Assembly (NCBI GenBank): GCA_029974275.1
Contig: JARKSN010000151.1
Span: 1-63,417, forward strand
Origin: Candidatus Hydrogenedentota bacterium
GTDB lineage: Bacteria; Hydrogenedentota; Hydrogenedentia; Hydrogenedentales; SLHB01
Length of the DNA stretch: 63,417 nucleotides
Direction of reading: 5' to 3'
Shown here: positions 52,650-62,681 of the stretch, in pieces
How positions within the stretch are numbered: position 1 is the stretch's first letter
How the letters are laid out: every line of letters starts with the position of its first letter
Notes under the pieces: model-generated
Seen by the model: only the letters and a program-made list of their open reading frames with translations
The model's database searches: none
What the model was told of the DNA's origin: nothing
Translations under genes and position numbers: made by a program

Positions 52650-53138
52650 TCACTCTGCAAATTCGTCGTCGAGAATGGATGCGAGAAAACGCTCCAACGA
52701 CACGGGATAATACCGGCTGTCGGGGGTGATAATCACGCCCGTGGTGATATCCTCCATGCGATCGAGTTCATCGAGAACGCCTGCAAGCGTTTGATCGACT
52801 CCCGTGTCGCGGTGGCGCAGTTCGAGATACTCCGATTTGCACTCGACAGGACGGCGCCGAAACCCGAGGTATCCGAACACGCGCCCCGAGATCGCCGCAT
52901 CGATGTTCTCTTCGCCAAAAATATCCTTGTAGCGGGCATCCATATAGTCCGGACGAATGACGAAACGCGGCGACACATGGACCTTGCCGCGCACTTCCAT
53001 CGTCGCCCCGGTTCTCTGGAAGGATTGCCCCAGGCATATGTACGGCAATTCATGATAGCCCGACACAATCCCGTACGTGGGTTTGCGGACTACCACGGTG
53101 TTCTGGAATATTTCCCGCATTTCGCCGTGACTCAACAT
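52650..53138 (-). CDS. Conserved hypothetical protein
   Basis: Globular composition, GC-rich codon use, co-oriented with neighbours. Confidence 0.72.
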   Translation of the reverse strand: MLSHGEMREIFQNTVVVRKPTYGIVSGYHELPYICLGQSFQRTGATMEVRGKVHVSPRFVIRPDYMDARYKDIFGEENIDAAISGRVFGYLGFRRRPVECKSEYLELRHRDTGVDQTLAGVLDELDRMEDITTGVIITPDSRYYPVSLERFLASILDDEFAE

Positions 53139-53222
53139 CGAGAGGCGCCTTCATTTTCAAAACCGCATTCCGCGCGCAGATGACGCCCGCATCGATTGGC
53201 GAAGAAGGCGTCGCGCGGCGGC

Positions 53223-53543
53223 CTACGGTCCTGTTGGGGCTGGTATTGCGGACGTTTCACTCGATTTCGGCGAGGTTTCCGGGGAAAGAGCGCCCAAAGC
53301 AGCCTCGGCCCCGCCTTCCTGCGCCGGGGATGACCACTCCGAATCGGCATCGTCGGGGGTTTCCGGAGCCGGTTCCGCTGGAACCACGTCTTCGGGATGG
53401 GACGATTCCGGCGATTCCGTCATTTCTGGCGCGGCGACCGACTCGATATCGCCGGAGACCTCTTGTTGCGGCGACGGGGCCGAGCATGCCGCCAGTAACA
53501 GCATCGGGGCGACAGCGATGCACAAACACCATCGCACATTCAT
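53223..53543 (-). CDS. Small acidic, disordered lipoprotein
   Basis: Lipobox LLAAC followed by Glu/Pro/Ser-rich tail. Confidence 0.55.
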   Translation of the reverse strand: MNVRWCLCIAVAPMLLLAACSAPSPQQEVSGDIESVAAPEMTESPESSHPEDVVPAEPAPETPDDADSEWSSPAQEGGAEAALGALSPETSPKSSETSAIPAPTGP

Positions 53544-53719
53544 GGCCACCCCTTTCTCCGTTCTCGGCTTTCCGACTTTCATGCCCCGATGCAACCCTTT
53601 TGCTTGCCGCGCAAACGGCCATGCGCCAGTCTACCGAATTTGAGTTCCGCGAAACAACATCGCATGGGCCTTCTTCGAAGCGCTGTTGCGCATTGCGCAA
53701 AAGAATTCAAAAAATCCAC

Positions 53720-53766
53720 TTGACGGAGGCCTTCTTCATATGCATAATTCATATGTTTGATTGAAT
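53720..53766 (+). promoter_or_regulatory. Promoter and candidate TetR operator
   Basis: TTGACG (53720-53725), 17 bp, CATAAT (53743-53748); ATTCA-N10-TGAAT (53747-53766) over the start site. Confidence 0.55.
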
Positions 53767-53791
53767 CTCTTGTTTGGTTTGGAGGAGGAAG

Positions 53792-54445
53792 ATGGGTAAG
53801 CCCATACGCGGTCAGGCCACAAAAGACAAGCTGCTTGAAATTGCCGGAAGCGTTTTTGCTGAAAAGGGCTATCGGGACGCGACCCATGCGGAGATTTGCA
53901 GGCGCGCGCACACCAACGCTGCGGCCATCAACTACCATTTTGGATCCAAGGAGGGCTTGTACAGGGCCGTTTTTGAGCGTCTTATCCAGAAAACGGAGGC
54001 GCTGTATCCGCTCGATGGAGGTCTCCCGGCAACAGCCGATCCCGAGGCGCGACTTCGGGCGTTCATCCAGGCGCGTCTCAACCGGATTTTCGATCCTGAT
54101 AATCACGAAAAACTTCATAGGATATGCATGCTGGAGATATTTGATCCAACGGGGTTGTTGATGGAGCCGTTGAGCCGACAGCTTGCCAAAGACCGGGAAC
54201 ACATTGTGCGGGCGCTTCGCGAACTCCTGGGGCCTCAGGCATCTCCCGAGGATGTGACGTGGTGCGAGATGAGCATTGTCGGACAATGTTTTTTCACGGC
54301 CCAGGGGATCCGCGACGGGGTCATTCGCACCCTGTTGAATCTCAACGCGGACGACGTGAAGGGACTTACGGAGCATATCGTGGCGTTCTCTCTGGGCGGC
54401 ATCGCGTCGATCCGCGAGCGGCTTCGGCGTCCTGCGGAAACGTGA
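53792..54445 (+). CDS. TetR-family regulator (CecR/DUF1956-like C-terminus)
   Basis: LL..A..VFAEKGY..AT..EIC.RA..N.AAINYHFGSKEGLY; SIVGQC; H...FSL.G; GGAGGAGG RBS. Confidence 0.92.
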   Translation: MGKPIRGQATKDKLLEIAGSVFAEKGYRDATHAEICRRAHTNAAAINYHFGSKEGLYRAVFERLIQKTEALYPLDGGLPATADPEARLRAFIQARLNRIFDPDNHEKLHRICMLEIFDPTGLLMEPLSRQLAKDREHIVRALRELLGPQASPEDVTWCEMSIVGQCFFTAQGIRDGVIRTLLNLNADDVKGLTEHIVAFSLGGIASIRERLRRPAET

Positions 54446-54512
54446 GGCAGGGCAATAGGGCAGGTTGAGCCCGGCGGCGGTTGCGGAAACTAGGATTGGG
54501 AGGAGCGGTGAG

Positions 54513-55703
54513 ATGTCAAGAAGCAGGTTCGCCTGTTGGGTTGTAGGAGGAGCCGTGTTGGCGGTCTGTGCGGCGGCGGCGCAGGGACCTGGCGGCCCAG
54601 GAGCGAGCATGCCGCCGCCGGAAGTGACGGTGGTCCTGGTGGAAACGAAATCCATGCCGATGGCCTACGAGTACCTTGGCGTGGCGGAGCCCTCCAAAAC
54701 CATCGATATCCGGGCGCGGGTTCAAGGATTCGTTGAGACGCGGGATTTCGAGGAGGGATCGCTCATCGAACAGGGGGCGCAACTCTACGCGATCGACGCG
54801 GCTCCTTTTCGGGCGGACCGCGACATTGCCCGGGCGCGCGTCCATGAAGCGGAGTCGCGGCGCCGGCTTGCCGAACAGGAACTGCAGCGGGTGAAGTCCG
54901 TGTGCGAGCCCGGGGCCGTGGCTGCCGGAGATATCGACAAGAAGGAGGCGGAGCGGGCAAGCGCGGCGGCGGCTCTGGAATTGGCGCAGGCGCAACTGGC
55001 CAAGGCGGAGCTTGAACTGGGGTACACGATCGTAAAGGCCCCGTTGTCGGGCGTGGTGGGCAAATCGCTGAAAGAAGTGGGGAGTTTGGTCGACGGCAAT
55101 CAGAACAGTCTGTTGACCACGCTGAAGCAAGTGGATCCGCTTTACGTGACGTTCCATATGCAGGAAAGCGACTATTTGCTTTGGCGAAACAGCGTGGATT
55201 CGCATGAGATTGTGCTGGAGGAAGGGCTGCAGGAGCCGTATCTCGAGCTTGTGCTTGTCGACGGGTCAATCTATGACCAAAAAGGCCGGATCGATTTTGA
55301 GGACAGTTCCGTCGACCGCCGTAAAGGCTCTGTGGAGATGCGCGGCGTCTTCGAAAACCCAGGGCACACGCTCAAGCCGGGACAGTTTCTCAAGGTGCGC
55401 GTGAAGGGGTGGCGGCGTCCGAATGTGCCCGTTATTCCCCAGCGCGCCGTGGGCCAGGCTGGCGACGGCAGCTATGTCTACGTGGTCGGGCCGGAGGACA
55501 AGGTCGAGCAGCGCACCATCACGATCGGTCCATGGTCCGATTCCGAGTGTGGCGTCGTCGAGGGACTGCAATCCGGCGAACGCGTGGTCGTGGAAGGACT
55601 CACCAAATTGCGGCCGGGCATTCGGGTGGTTCCCAAGGAGCCTTCGGCGCCTCCTGCCGCAACGGCCATGCCTGACGCGCCTCCCGCGCAGACGGCTCGA
55701 TAG
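54513..55703 (+). CDS. RND efflux periplasmic adaptor (MFP)
   Basis: IRARVQG, F.EG..., L..ID, YT.V.AP.SG, DP.YV.F, F.NP...L.PG.F, GL..GERVVVEG. Confidence 0.94.
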   Translation: MSRSRFACWVVGGAVLAVCAAAAQGPGGPGASMPPPEVTVVLVETKSMPMAYEYLGVAEPSKTIDIRARVQGFVETRDFEEGSLIEQGAQLYAIDAAPFRADRDIARARVHEAESRRRLAEQELQRVKSVCEPGAVAAGDIDKKEAERASAAAALELAQAQLAKAELELGYTIVKAPLSGVVGKSLKEVGSLVDGNQNSLLTTLKQVDPLYVTFHMQESDYLLWRNSVDSHEIVLEEGLQEPYLELVLVDGSIYDQKGRIDFEDSSVDRRKGSVEMRGVFENPGHTLKPGQFLKVRVKGWRRPNVPVIPQRAVGQAGDGSYVYVVGPEDKVEQRTITIGPWSDSECGVVEGLQSGERVVVEGLTKLRPGIRVVPKEPSAPPAATAMPDAPPAQTAR

Positions 55704-55711
55704 GTGCGGCC

Positions 55712-58700
55712 ATGATATCGAGATTTTTTGTTGATAGGCCCGTTTTTGCGACGGTGGTGTCGATCATCATCACGCTATGCGGGCTGGGATCGCTGTATTA
55801 TCTTCCGGTCGAGCAATCGCCGCAGATCACGCCGCCAACGGTGGTCGTGAGCGCCGTTTATCCCGGCGCTACGGCCGAGACGGTGTCGCAGGCGTTGGCA
55901 ATCCCCATGGAAGAACAGTTGAGCGGCATCGAAAATCTGCTGTATTTCCAGTCTCAATGCTCGAATGACGGCAGCATGTCGATCACGTTGTCTTTCGAGG
56001 TTGGAACGGACCTCGACATCGCGGCGGTCGAGGTGCAGAACCGGCTCAAACGTGCGGAGCGCAGCCTTCCCGAGGAGGTGATCCGCCAGGGCATCTCGGT
56101 CAACAAACGATCGAGCAGCATTTTGGGCATCATTGCCCTGGTTTCGGACAATCCGAAGTACGATTCCCTCTACTTGGCGAATTACGCGAAGGCGTTCATG
56201 GTCGACCGTTTGAAGCGCGTGCCGGGCGTGGGCGATTCCGCCGTGTTCGGGAGCAAAGACTACTCGATGCGGATTTGGCTGAATCCGGACAAGCTGGCGG
56301 CGAAGGGAATGACTTTTTCGGACGTGACGTCCGCGATTCGCGAGCAGAACCAACTGTATGCCGCAGGGGAGATCGGGGGCGAGCCCAGCAAGGGGCGTGT
56401 GGACCTGACGTTCCCGGTGACGACGCGGGGCCGTCTCGAAAACGCGGCGCAGTTTGAAGACATCGTGGTCCGGGCCGAGGCGGACGGGGCGACGGTCACG
56501 ATCAAGGATGTGGGCCGGGCCGAACTGGGCCAGGCGAGTTATTCGATGACGGGACGGCTGAACGGTCGTGAGACGGCCATCATGATGGTTCAGCAGCAAC
56601 CCGACGCGAACGCCATGAGCGCCATGAATGGCGTGAAGGCGGCGCTCGAAGAATTGCAGGCCGGATTCCCCGAAGGGGTGAAGTGCCAGATGGCCGTGGA
56701 CGTCACGAAGTTCATTCGGACGTCTGTCCGCGAGGTGATTCAGACTTTTGCCGAGGCTTTGTTGCTGGTGTTGTTGGTGGTGTTTGTGTTCTTGGGAAGT
56801 TGGCGGGCGACGATCATTCCGCTGGCGGCGGTGCCGGTGGCGATCGTGGGGACTTTCACCGGCATGCTGCTGCTGGGTTTCTCCATCAACACCTTGACGC
56901 TGTTCGGGCTGGTGCTGGCCATTGGAATCGTGGTGGATGACGCGATCGTGGTGGTGGAGAACGTCGAGCGCATCATGCACGAGGAGCATTTGCCCCCGCG
57001 CGAGGCCACGATCAAGGCCATGGACCAGGTGACCGGCCCCATCATCGCGATAGTTCTGGTGCTGTCGTCGGTCTATCTGCCGGTGGCCTTTTTGGGGGGC
57101 AGCACGGGCGTCATGTACCGGCAGTTCGGCGTGACCATCGCGCTTTCGGTGGCGATATCAGGTCTTGTCGCGCTCACGCTGAGCCCGGCGCTGTGTCGGC
57201 TGATTCTGCAGCCCAATCACAACAAGATATTTTTCTTCCGCTGGTTTGACCTCCTTTTTGGCGGTCTCACGCGAGCGTATACGCGGACCGCGCGTCTCGC
57301 GATCCGGCTGGCAGCCGTATCCATCCTTGTGTTTGCGGCGCTCATCTGGGCGACATATGGCCTGTTTCAGCGCGTTCCGAGCGGTTTCGTTCCCATGGAA
57401 GACCGCGGCGTCTTCATGGTGGCGGTGGCTTTGCCCCAGGGCGCTTCGCTCCAGCGAACAACCGAGGTCACGCGGCAGATCGAACAATTCATCATCGCGC
57501 AGCCCGAAGTGGACAGCGTTGTCTGCCTGGACGGCCAAGACATGCTCTCGGGCGGGATCGCGGCTCCCAACGGAAGCACCATGTTCGTGAGCATGAAGGA
57601 TTGGTCCGAGCGTCCCGGTCCGGAGCACAGCGTGGACGCCGTTGTCGGTCGGGTGTTCGGGCGCTTCATGGGCATGAAGGAGGCGACGGTTCTTGCATTC
57701 AACCTCCCCCCCATCATGGGGATGGGGTTGCGGGCGGGTTTTGAGATGCAATTGGAGAGCCGCGGCGGGGGCGGCATTCAAGAATTGGCGGGGGTTACAG
57801 AACGGTTTGTTGGCGAATTGAACCAGGACCCGATGTTTTCGGGAGTCTCGGGCGTGTTGAGCGTGCGCAAGCCGCAGATTTTCGTCGACGTCGATCGAAG
57901 CCGGGCAAAAGCGATGGGGTTGTCGCTGTCGGAAATCTTCGATACGCTGCAGGCCTGTCTCGGCGCGCAGTACGTCAACGATTTCACGACATTGGGCCGG
58001 ATGTTCCGCGTGAGATTGCAGGCGGACGCGGACTTTCGGGAGCATCCCGACGATATTCGGAAGATCCATGTGCGCACGAAGAACGGCGAGTTGGTCGAGC
58101 TTTCGGGGGTGGTGAATCTGCGAATGCAGCCGGGGCCAAACCTGGTCAGCCGTTTTAACGGCTTTCCTTCGGTGCAGATTACAGGCGCTCCGTCGGCAGG
58201 TTACAGCACGGGCCAAACCATTCAACGGATCAGGGAGATCGCGGCGGAGAAACTGCCTATCGGCTATGGCATCGATTGGAGCGGCGCCTCGTACCAGGAG
58301 GCAAGCGCTGGCAATCAGTCGGCGTACGTGATCCTTTTCGGCCTCGTTATGGTGTTCTTGGTGTTGGCGGCGCAGTACGAGAAGTGGTCGCTGCCGTTGG
58401 CGGTCCTGCTGGCGGTTCCATTCGGCGCTTTCGGGGCGATTCTGGCGGTGCACCTGCGAGGACTTGACCGGGACATCTATTTTCAGATCGGCCTCCTCAC
58501 GTTGATTGGGCTGGCGGCCAAGAACGCCATTCTGATCGTCGAGTTTTGCTCCAAGCAGCGTGCGCTGGGCAAAGGCATTGTCGAAGCGGCGATCGAAGCG
58601 GCGCGGCTGCGCCTTCGCCCCATCGTGATGACCTCGCTGGCCTTCATTTTGGGCGTGCTGCCGCTGGTGATCAGCGAGGGAGCCGGCGCGGCCAGCCGTC

Positions 58701-58858
58701 ATTCCATCGGCACGGGCGTCATGGGCGGCATGCTCGCCGCTACGTTCCTGGCCATCTTTTTCGTGCCCCTGTTTTTCGCGATCATTCAATGGATTTCCGA
58801 ACGCCTCCGCTTTCGGCGGCGCGAGGAAACGCCGACTGCCGTGGAGAATGCGCCATGA
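55712..58858 (+). CDS. RND efflux permease, HAE1 family (AcrB/MexF-like)
   Basis: FFVDRPVFA, P.ITPP, LAIGIVVDDAIVVVENVER, LTLSPAL, GLAAKNAILIVEF, RLRPIVMTSLAF. Confidence 0.97.
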   Translation: MISRFFVDRPVFATVVSIIITLCGLGSLYYLPVEQSPQITPPTVVVSAVYPGATAETVSQALAIPMEEQLSGIENLLYFQSQCSNDGSMSITLSFEVGTDLDIAAVEVQNRLKRAERSLPEEVIRQGISVNKRSSSILGIIALVSDNPKYDSLYLANYAKAFMVDRLKRVPGVGDSAVFGSKDYSMRIWLNPDKLAAKGMTFSDVTSAIREQNQLYAAGEIGGEPSKGRVDLTFPVTTRGRLENAAQFEDIVVRAEADGATVTIKDVGRAELGQASYSMTGRLNGRETAIMMVQQQPDANAMSAMNGVKAALEELQAGFPEGVKCQMAVDVTKFIRTSVREVIQTFAEALLLVLLVVFVFLGSWRATIIPLAAVPVAIVGTFTGMLLLGFSINTLTLFGLVLAIGIVVDDAIVVVENVERIMHEEHLPPREATIKAMDQVTGPIIAIVLVLSSVYLPVAFLGGSTGVMYRQFGVTIALSVAISGLVALTLSPALCRLILQPNHNKIFFFRWFDLLFGGLTRAYTRTARLAIRLAAVSILVFAALIWATYGLFQRVPSGFVPMEDRGVFMVAVALPQGASLQRTTEVTRQIEQFIIAQPEVDSVVCLDGQDMLSGGIAAPNGSTMFVSMKDWSERPGPEHSVDAVVGRVFGRFMGMKEATVLAFNLPPIMGMGLRAGFEMQLESRGGGGIQELAGVTERFVGELNQDPMFSGVSGVLSVRKPQIFVDVDRSRAKAMGLSLSEIFDTLQACLGAQYVNDFTTLGRMFRVRLQADADFREHPDDIRKIHVRTKNGELVELSGVVNLRMQPGPNLVSRFNGFPSVQITGAPSAGYSTGQTIQRIREIAAEKLPIGYGIDWSGASYQEASAGNQSAYVILFGLVMVFLVLAAQYEKWSLPLAVLLAVPFGAFGAILAVHLRGLDRDIYFQIGLLTLIGLAAKNAILIVEFCSKQRALGKGIVEAAIEAARLRLRPIVMTSLAFILGVLPLVISEGAGAASRHSIGTGVMGGMLAATFLAIFFVPLFFAIIQWISERLRFRRREETPTAVENAP

Positions 58859-60522
58859 CTTCCAACGCCAAACGTGCCACTGCCGCCTGGGGGATGCGCT
58901 TTGGGGTGCGCGTCCGCTCCGGTTGGCGCGACGCGAAAAGATATGCGGCGCCTCGCTGCCTTTATGCCGCGTTGCTTATGGCGTCTCTGTTTTTGACGGC
59001 CGGGTGCATGACCGGCTCCGAGTGCAAACGTCCCGTGGCGGTTGTGCCCGAACAATGGTCCGTCGCGCGCGCCGACGGCGAAGCGGACGGGCCCAAGCCC
59101 GACACGGAATGGTGGAAGAGCTTCCAGGATCCCATACTGGATTCGCTGATGGCACGAGGTTTTGAAGGCAATCTCGATCTGCGCGTCATGCAGTCGCGCG
59201 TGCGCGAGGCTCGCGCCGCGCGCGGTGGTGCGGCGTCCGCGCTGTGGCCCTTCCTGAACCTTTCCGGAGGCTACGCCCGCACACAATCGCCAACGCCGCA
59301 AAATGAGCCGGGAGGCTCCTCGCTTACGGCAACGGGGTCGCTCGGGCCCACCGGATTCACGCCCACGTTCACCTTGAGAGGCGATTCTTTCACCGTGTCT
59401 CGCAGCGGCCTTGGCGAGAATGCCGTCACGAACCTCACCGTCACCACCGCCGGCCAAAGCGGCATCGACCGCCAGAGCGACCTGTTCCGGGCCGGGTTTG
59501 ACGCCCGGTGGGAGTTGGACCTGTTTGGAGGGACCCGGCGCTCCATCGAAGCGGCAGAGGCCGATGTGCAAGCCGTCCGGGAGCGGCTGCGCGCCTCCGC
59601 CCTTTCGCTGGCCGCCGAGATTGCGGCGAATTACATTGAGCTTCGCGCCGCCCAAAACCGCCTGGATGTGACGCAGCGAACTCTTGAAGCGCTGGCCAGG
59701 ATGGAAACCATCATGCAGGACCGCTTTCAGGCCGGCCTCACCAGCGAGTTGGACGTCGTGACGGCCCATGCGCATTGGGCTTCCACGCAGGCCCAGTTGC
59801 CGGTTTTTCATACGCAGATCACGGCGGCGATCCATCGTCTGGCGCTGCTATTGGGCCATGAGCCCGGCGCCCTGAAAACGGAGTTATCCATCCCCGCGCC
59901 CCTGCCTACGGCGCCCGACGCCGTTCCGATCGGGCTTCCCTCGGACCTCCTTCGCCGGCGTCCCGATATTCGTCAGGCCGAACGTCAAGTCGTCGCCGCC
60001 ACGGCGCGCGTGGGCGTCGCTATGGCCGAACTCTTCCCGAAATTCACGCTTACGGCAGGGTTGTCGGGCCAGAGTGCGACCCTTGGCTCCCTCGCAAGCG
60101 GCGCAAACCGAATGTGGTCCTTCGGTCCCGGCATCAGTTGGCCAATTTTTCGGGGCGGTGAAATCCGGGCGAACATCGAGACGCAGAACGCACGGCAAGA
60201 ACAGGCGGCTATCGTTTACGAGCAAACCATTCTTGCCGCGCTGGGAGACGTCGAAAACAGCCTTGCCGCTTTTGCGAACGAGCAAACCCGGATCGATTCG
60301 CTCCGTGCCTCCGTTGAAACGCACGAGCGAGCCTTTCGCATCGCGAACGAGCGCTATCTTCACGGTTTGGAAGGGTATCTCAGCGTGCTTCAGGCGCAGC
60401 AGAACCTGTACGCGGCGCAGGATCAGCTTATTCAGAGCCAGGGCTTCGCGCTGACTGACCTGGTGTCGCTGTACAAATCGCTGGGCGGCGGCTGGGAAAA
60501 AGCCGTCCCGGAGCCTGAATAG
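58855..60522 (+). CDS. Outer membrane factor lipoprotein (NodT/OprM-like)
   Basis: ATGA overlap; lipobox TAGC; WW..F.DP.L, WELDLFG, GLPSDLL.RRPDIR.AE, LYKSLGGGW. Confidence 0.93.
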   Translation: MTSNAKRATAAWGMRFGVRVRSGWRDAKRYAAPRCLYAALLMASLFLTAGCMTGSECKRPVAVVPEQWSVARADGEADGPKPDTEWWKSFQDPILDSLMARGFEGNLDLRVMQSRVREARAARGGAASALWPFLNLSGGYARTQSPTPQNEPGGSSLTATGSLGPTGFTPTFTLRGDSFTVSRSGLGENAVTNLTVTTAGQSGIDRQSDLFRAGFDARWELDLFGGTRRSIEAAEADVQAVRERLRASALSLAAEIAANYIELRAAQNRLDVTQRTLEALARMETIMQDRFQAGLTSELDVVTAHAHWASTQAQLPVFHTQITAAIHRLALLLGHEPGALKTELSIPAPLPTAPDAVPIGLPSDLLRRRPDIRQAERQVVAATARVGVAMAELFPKFTLTAGLSGQSATLGSLASGANRMWSFGPGISWPIFRGGEIRANIETQNARQEQAAIVYEQTILAALGDVENSLAAFANEQTRIDSLRASVETHERAFRIANERYLHGLEGYLSVLQAQQNLYAAQDQLIQSQGFALTDLVSLYKSLGGGWEKAVPEPE

Positions 60523-60557
60523 AGGAACCATAACGCGGAGGCGGACAAGGTCGCGGT

Positions 60558-61601
60558 TCAGTCGTCCCCAAATTCGATCATCGCCTTCACGACGCCGTCG
60601 CGTCGTTCGCTCACTAGGTCAAACGCCTCCGGGGTCTGCGAAAAAGGAAACCGGTGCGTAATCATGGCGGAGGCGTCGCGCCCCGCCGTTCGCAGCAGTT
60701 CAAGCGCCGCGTCGACGCATTCGTTTTGGCGTCGCACGTTGACGATGGTGATTTCTTTCCGGCGCATTTTATCGATGGAAAACGACAACCGGTCCGTTTC
60801 GGGAATGCCGATGACCATCAATTTTCCTCCAGGCTTGAGGATGTCGATGGCGTTGTCGATCGCGTCCTGCTGCCCGCAACATTCATACGCCACGTCAAGT
60901 TGCAGCGGCTCCTCCGCATTGATGCCCGCCGCAACGTCCATGGCATCGGGATTGCCGGTCCAGTCCGCGCCAAGCCTTCTCGCCAGCGTCAGCCGCGCAT
61001 CGATCTTGTCTGTGACATAAATCGACGCCGCGCCCCACGCCTTTGCCGGAAGCAGCACGCTCAGACCAATTGGGCCCGCACCCAAAATGCCGATCTTTCT
61101 TTCCCGGATTTCTCCCGATTGCCGCACGGCGTACACGCCAATGGCCAACGGTTCGGAGATGACCGCCTCATCCTGCGTCATGCCTGCGGGCAATGGATAG
61201 ACGCTTGTCTCGGGCATCACGAGGAACTCGCCCAAGCAGCCTTCCGCTTGCCCCGGACAACCGAGAAAGCGAAGTCTGCGGCACGTATGAAAACGTCCTG
61301 CCGCGCACTGATCGCATTGAAAACACGGCATTGCGGGGTCAATCGCCACCGAATCGCCCGCCCGAACCCGGGTCGTCGCGCCGCCCGTTTCCTCGACCAC
61401 GCCCGCGCACTCATGCCCCACCGCAAACGGGTAGTCGACAATCTGACTTCCAATCCGTCCCGTCGTGTAGTAATGCACATCCGATCCGCACACGCCGACT
61501 TTGGTCACGCGGATAAGGACATCCCGATCGCCCGTTATGCGCGGTTTCTCGACTTCACGCAGTTCCATATGCCGGATGCCCGTCAAGACCATCTGCTTCA
61601 T
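60558..61601 (-). CDS. Zn-dependent sorbitol/L-iditol-type dehydrogenase
   Basis: GVCGSDVHYY..GRIG, GHECAG, C..C..C..G...C, EPLA, GAGPIG, ITHRF. Confidence 0.92.
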   Translation of the reverse strand: MKQMVLTGIRHMELREVEKPRITGDRDVLIRVTKVGVCGSDVHYYTTGRIGSQIVDYPFAVGHECAGVVEETGGATTRVRAGDSVAIDPAMPCFQCDQCAAGRFHTCRRLRFLGCPGQAEGCLGEFLVMPETSVYPLPAGMTQDEAVISEPLAIGVYAVRQSGEIRERKIGILGAGPIGLSVLLPAKAWGAASIYVTDKIDARLTLARRLGADWTGNPDAMDVAAGINAEEPLQLDVAYECCGQQDAIDNAIDILKPGGKLMVIGIPETDRLSFSIDKMRRKEITIVNVRRQNECVDAALELLRTAGRDASAMITHRFPFSQTPEAFDLVSERRDGVVKAMIEFGDD

Positions 61602-61649
61602 GCAATTCCCCCTTCGTATCGGCGGCGATTCTCTGTTCTGCAGGCGATG

Positions 61650-62027
61650 CTATGGGCGGAATGCCTTTAGCGCTAGTTCTTCAATGGCCCGGTAGTCCTT
61701 GGCGTTTCCCGTGCAGAGAGTCAACTCGTTCTCTGCAGCGGTGGCGGCTATCAAGGCGTCTGGAACGCCCAGATTCGATTTCAGGGCGTATTCCTCGAGG
61801 TAAATCGCCGCACGGTGTCCGATGTTCTCCGAGAGCGGAACGATGGCAAACCCCAAGTCGGTCAGAAAAGCCTTTGTCAGCCGCAGGTCCGTCTTGTCCC
61901 GAGCGCCTTGCAGCAACTCCATGTAGCTCACCACCGACAGTTTCAGGCTATCCGCCTGGTCGATCACCGTTGTCGCGCGTTTGTTTCCACGCAACGCCCA
62001 GATGATGACATCGGTATCAACGAGCAT
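61650..62027 (-). CDS. vapC: PIN-domain toxin (VapC)
   Basis: LVDTDV.I, ELL.G, DALIAATA, L.T.N.KDY acidic tetrad. Confidence 0.93.
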   Translation of the reverse strand: MLVDTDVIIWALRGNKRATTVIDQADSLKLSVVSYMELLQGARDKTDLRLTKAFLTDLGFAIVPLSENIGHRAAIYLEEYALKSNLGVPDALIAATAAENELTLCTGNAKDYRAIEELALKAFRP

Positions 62028-62262
62028 CGAAGCGTCCCTTTCGAAGCCCTCGCACATAGGCCGCCGGATCGCGCATCTCGGGACGGTCGGCCCACATGCC
62101 AAACGCCTCGTGCTCAGCGGCGATCGGACGCCCGGCATCGCGAATGGGTTCTATTCGAGCTACACGTTTTCCGCGGTTGGTCAAGGTAACGGTCTCGTTG
62201 CGGGCAATTGCATCGAGAATCTTCTTGGGGTTGCGCCTCATGTCCAGAATCGTTGCTTCCAT
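62017..62262 (-). CDS. Phd/YefM-family antitoxin
   Basis: D.RRN...IL..I...E.V.LT.RGK.VARI.P; FGMWADR; overlaps toxin start. Confidence 0.9.
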   Translation of the reverse strand: MEATILDMRRNPKKILDAIARNETVTLTNRGKRVARIEPIRDAGRPIAAEHEAFGMWADRPEMRDPAAYVRGLRKGRFDAR

Positions 62263-62274
62263 ATCGCACCTCCA

Positions 62275-62321
62275 TGCAAACTACACATTTGTAGTATGCA
62301 CTATGATCGGCAATCTGTCAA
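62275..62321 (-). promoter_or_regulatory. TA promoter with autoregulatory palindrome
   Basis: Minus strand TTGACA (62321-62316), 17 bp, CATACT (62298-62293); TGCAAACTACA-N4-TGTAGTATGCA (62275-62300), 1 mismatch. Confidence 0.75.
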
Positions 62322-62681
62322 GGACCCACGCAGGAGCCTGTCCCCTTTTCCGCGCCGGTTTTGTCCCGTTCATTTCTTTGTCTTTGCGTCCGGTCTCTGT
62401 GCCGGGCGTGTCGGAGTGCAATGATCGGCGTTCATGTGGGAGATCGGTCTGGGAGGGCGGATGACATCTTGTCGCTTGCCGTAAGGCCCGCCCGGCACAG
62501 AGACCGGGTCTGCGAAAGAATCACCGATGACCATTCTCGTGCGCCATTCGCTCGGCTTTTGAATGCGATGATCCTGTCCGCCTGCTGCTGTTGATTATCC
62601 TCCGCAACGCTCATAGACTACTTCATGTCGCGTTGCGCGGCAGGCAGGGGATCGTTCACTACCGGACAGGAGAAACGGAAA

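Noticed and set aside
62333..62400. GGAGCCTGTCCCC REP-like motif between the TA pair and the BLUF gene
   Set aside because: Single short half-site with no inverted partner visible
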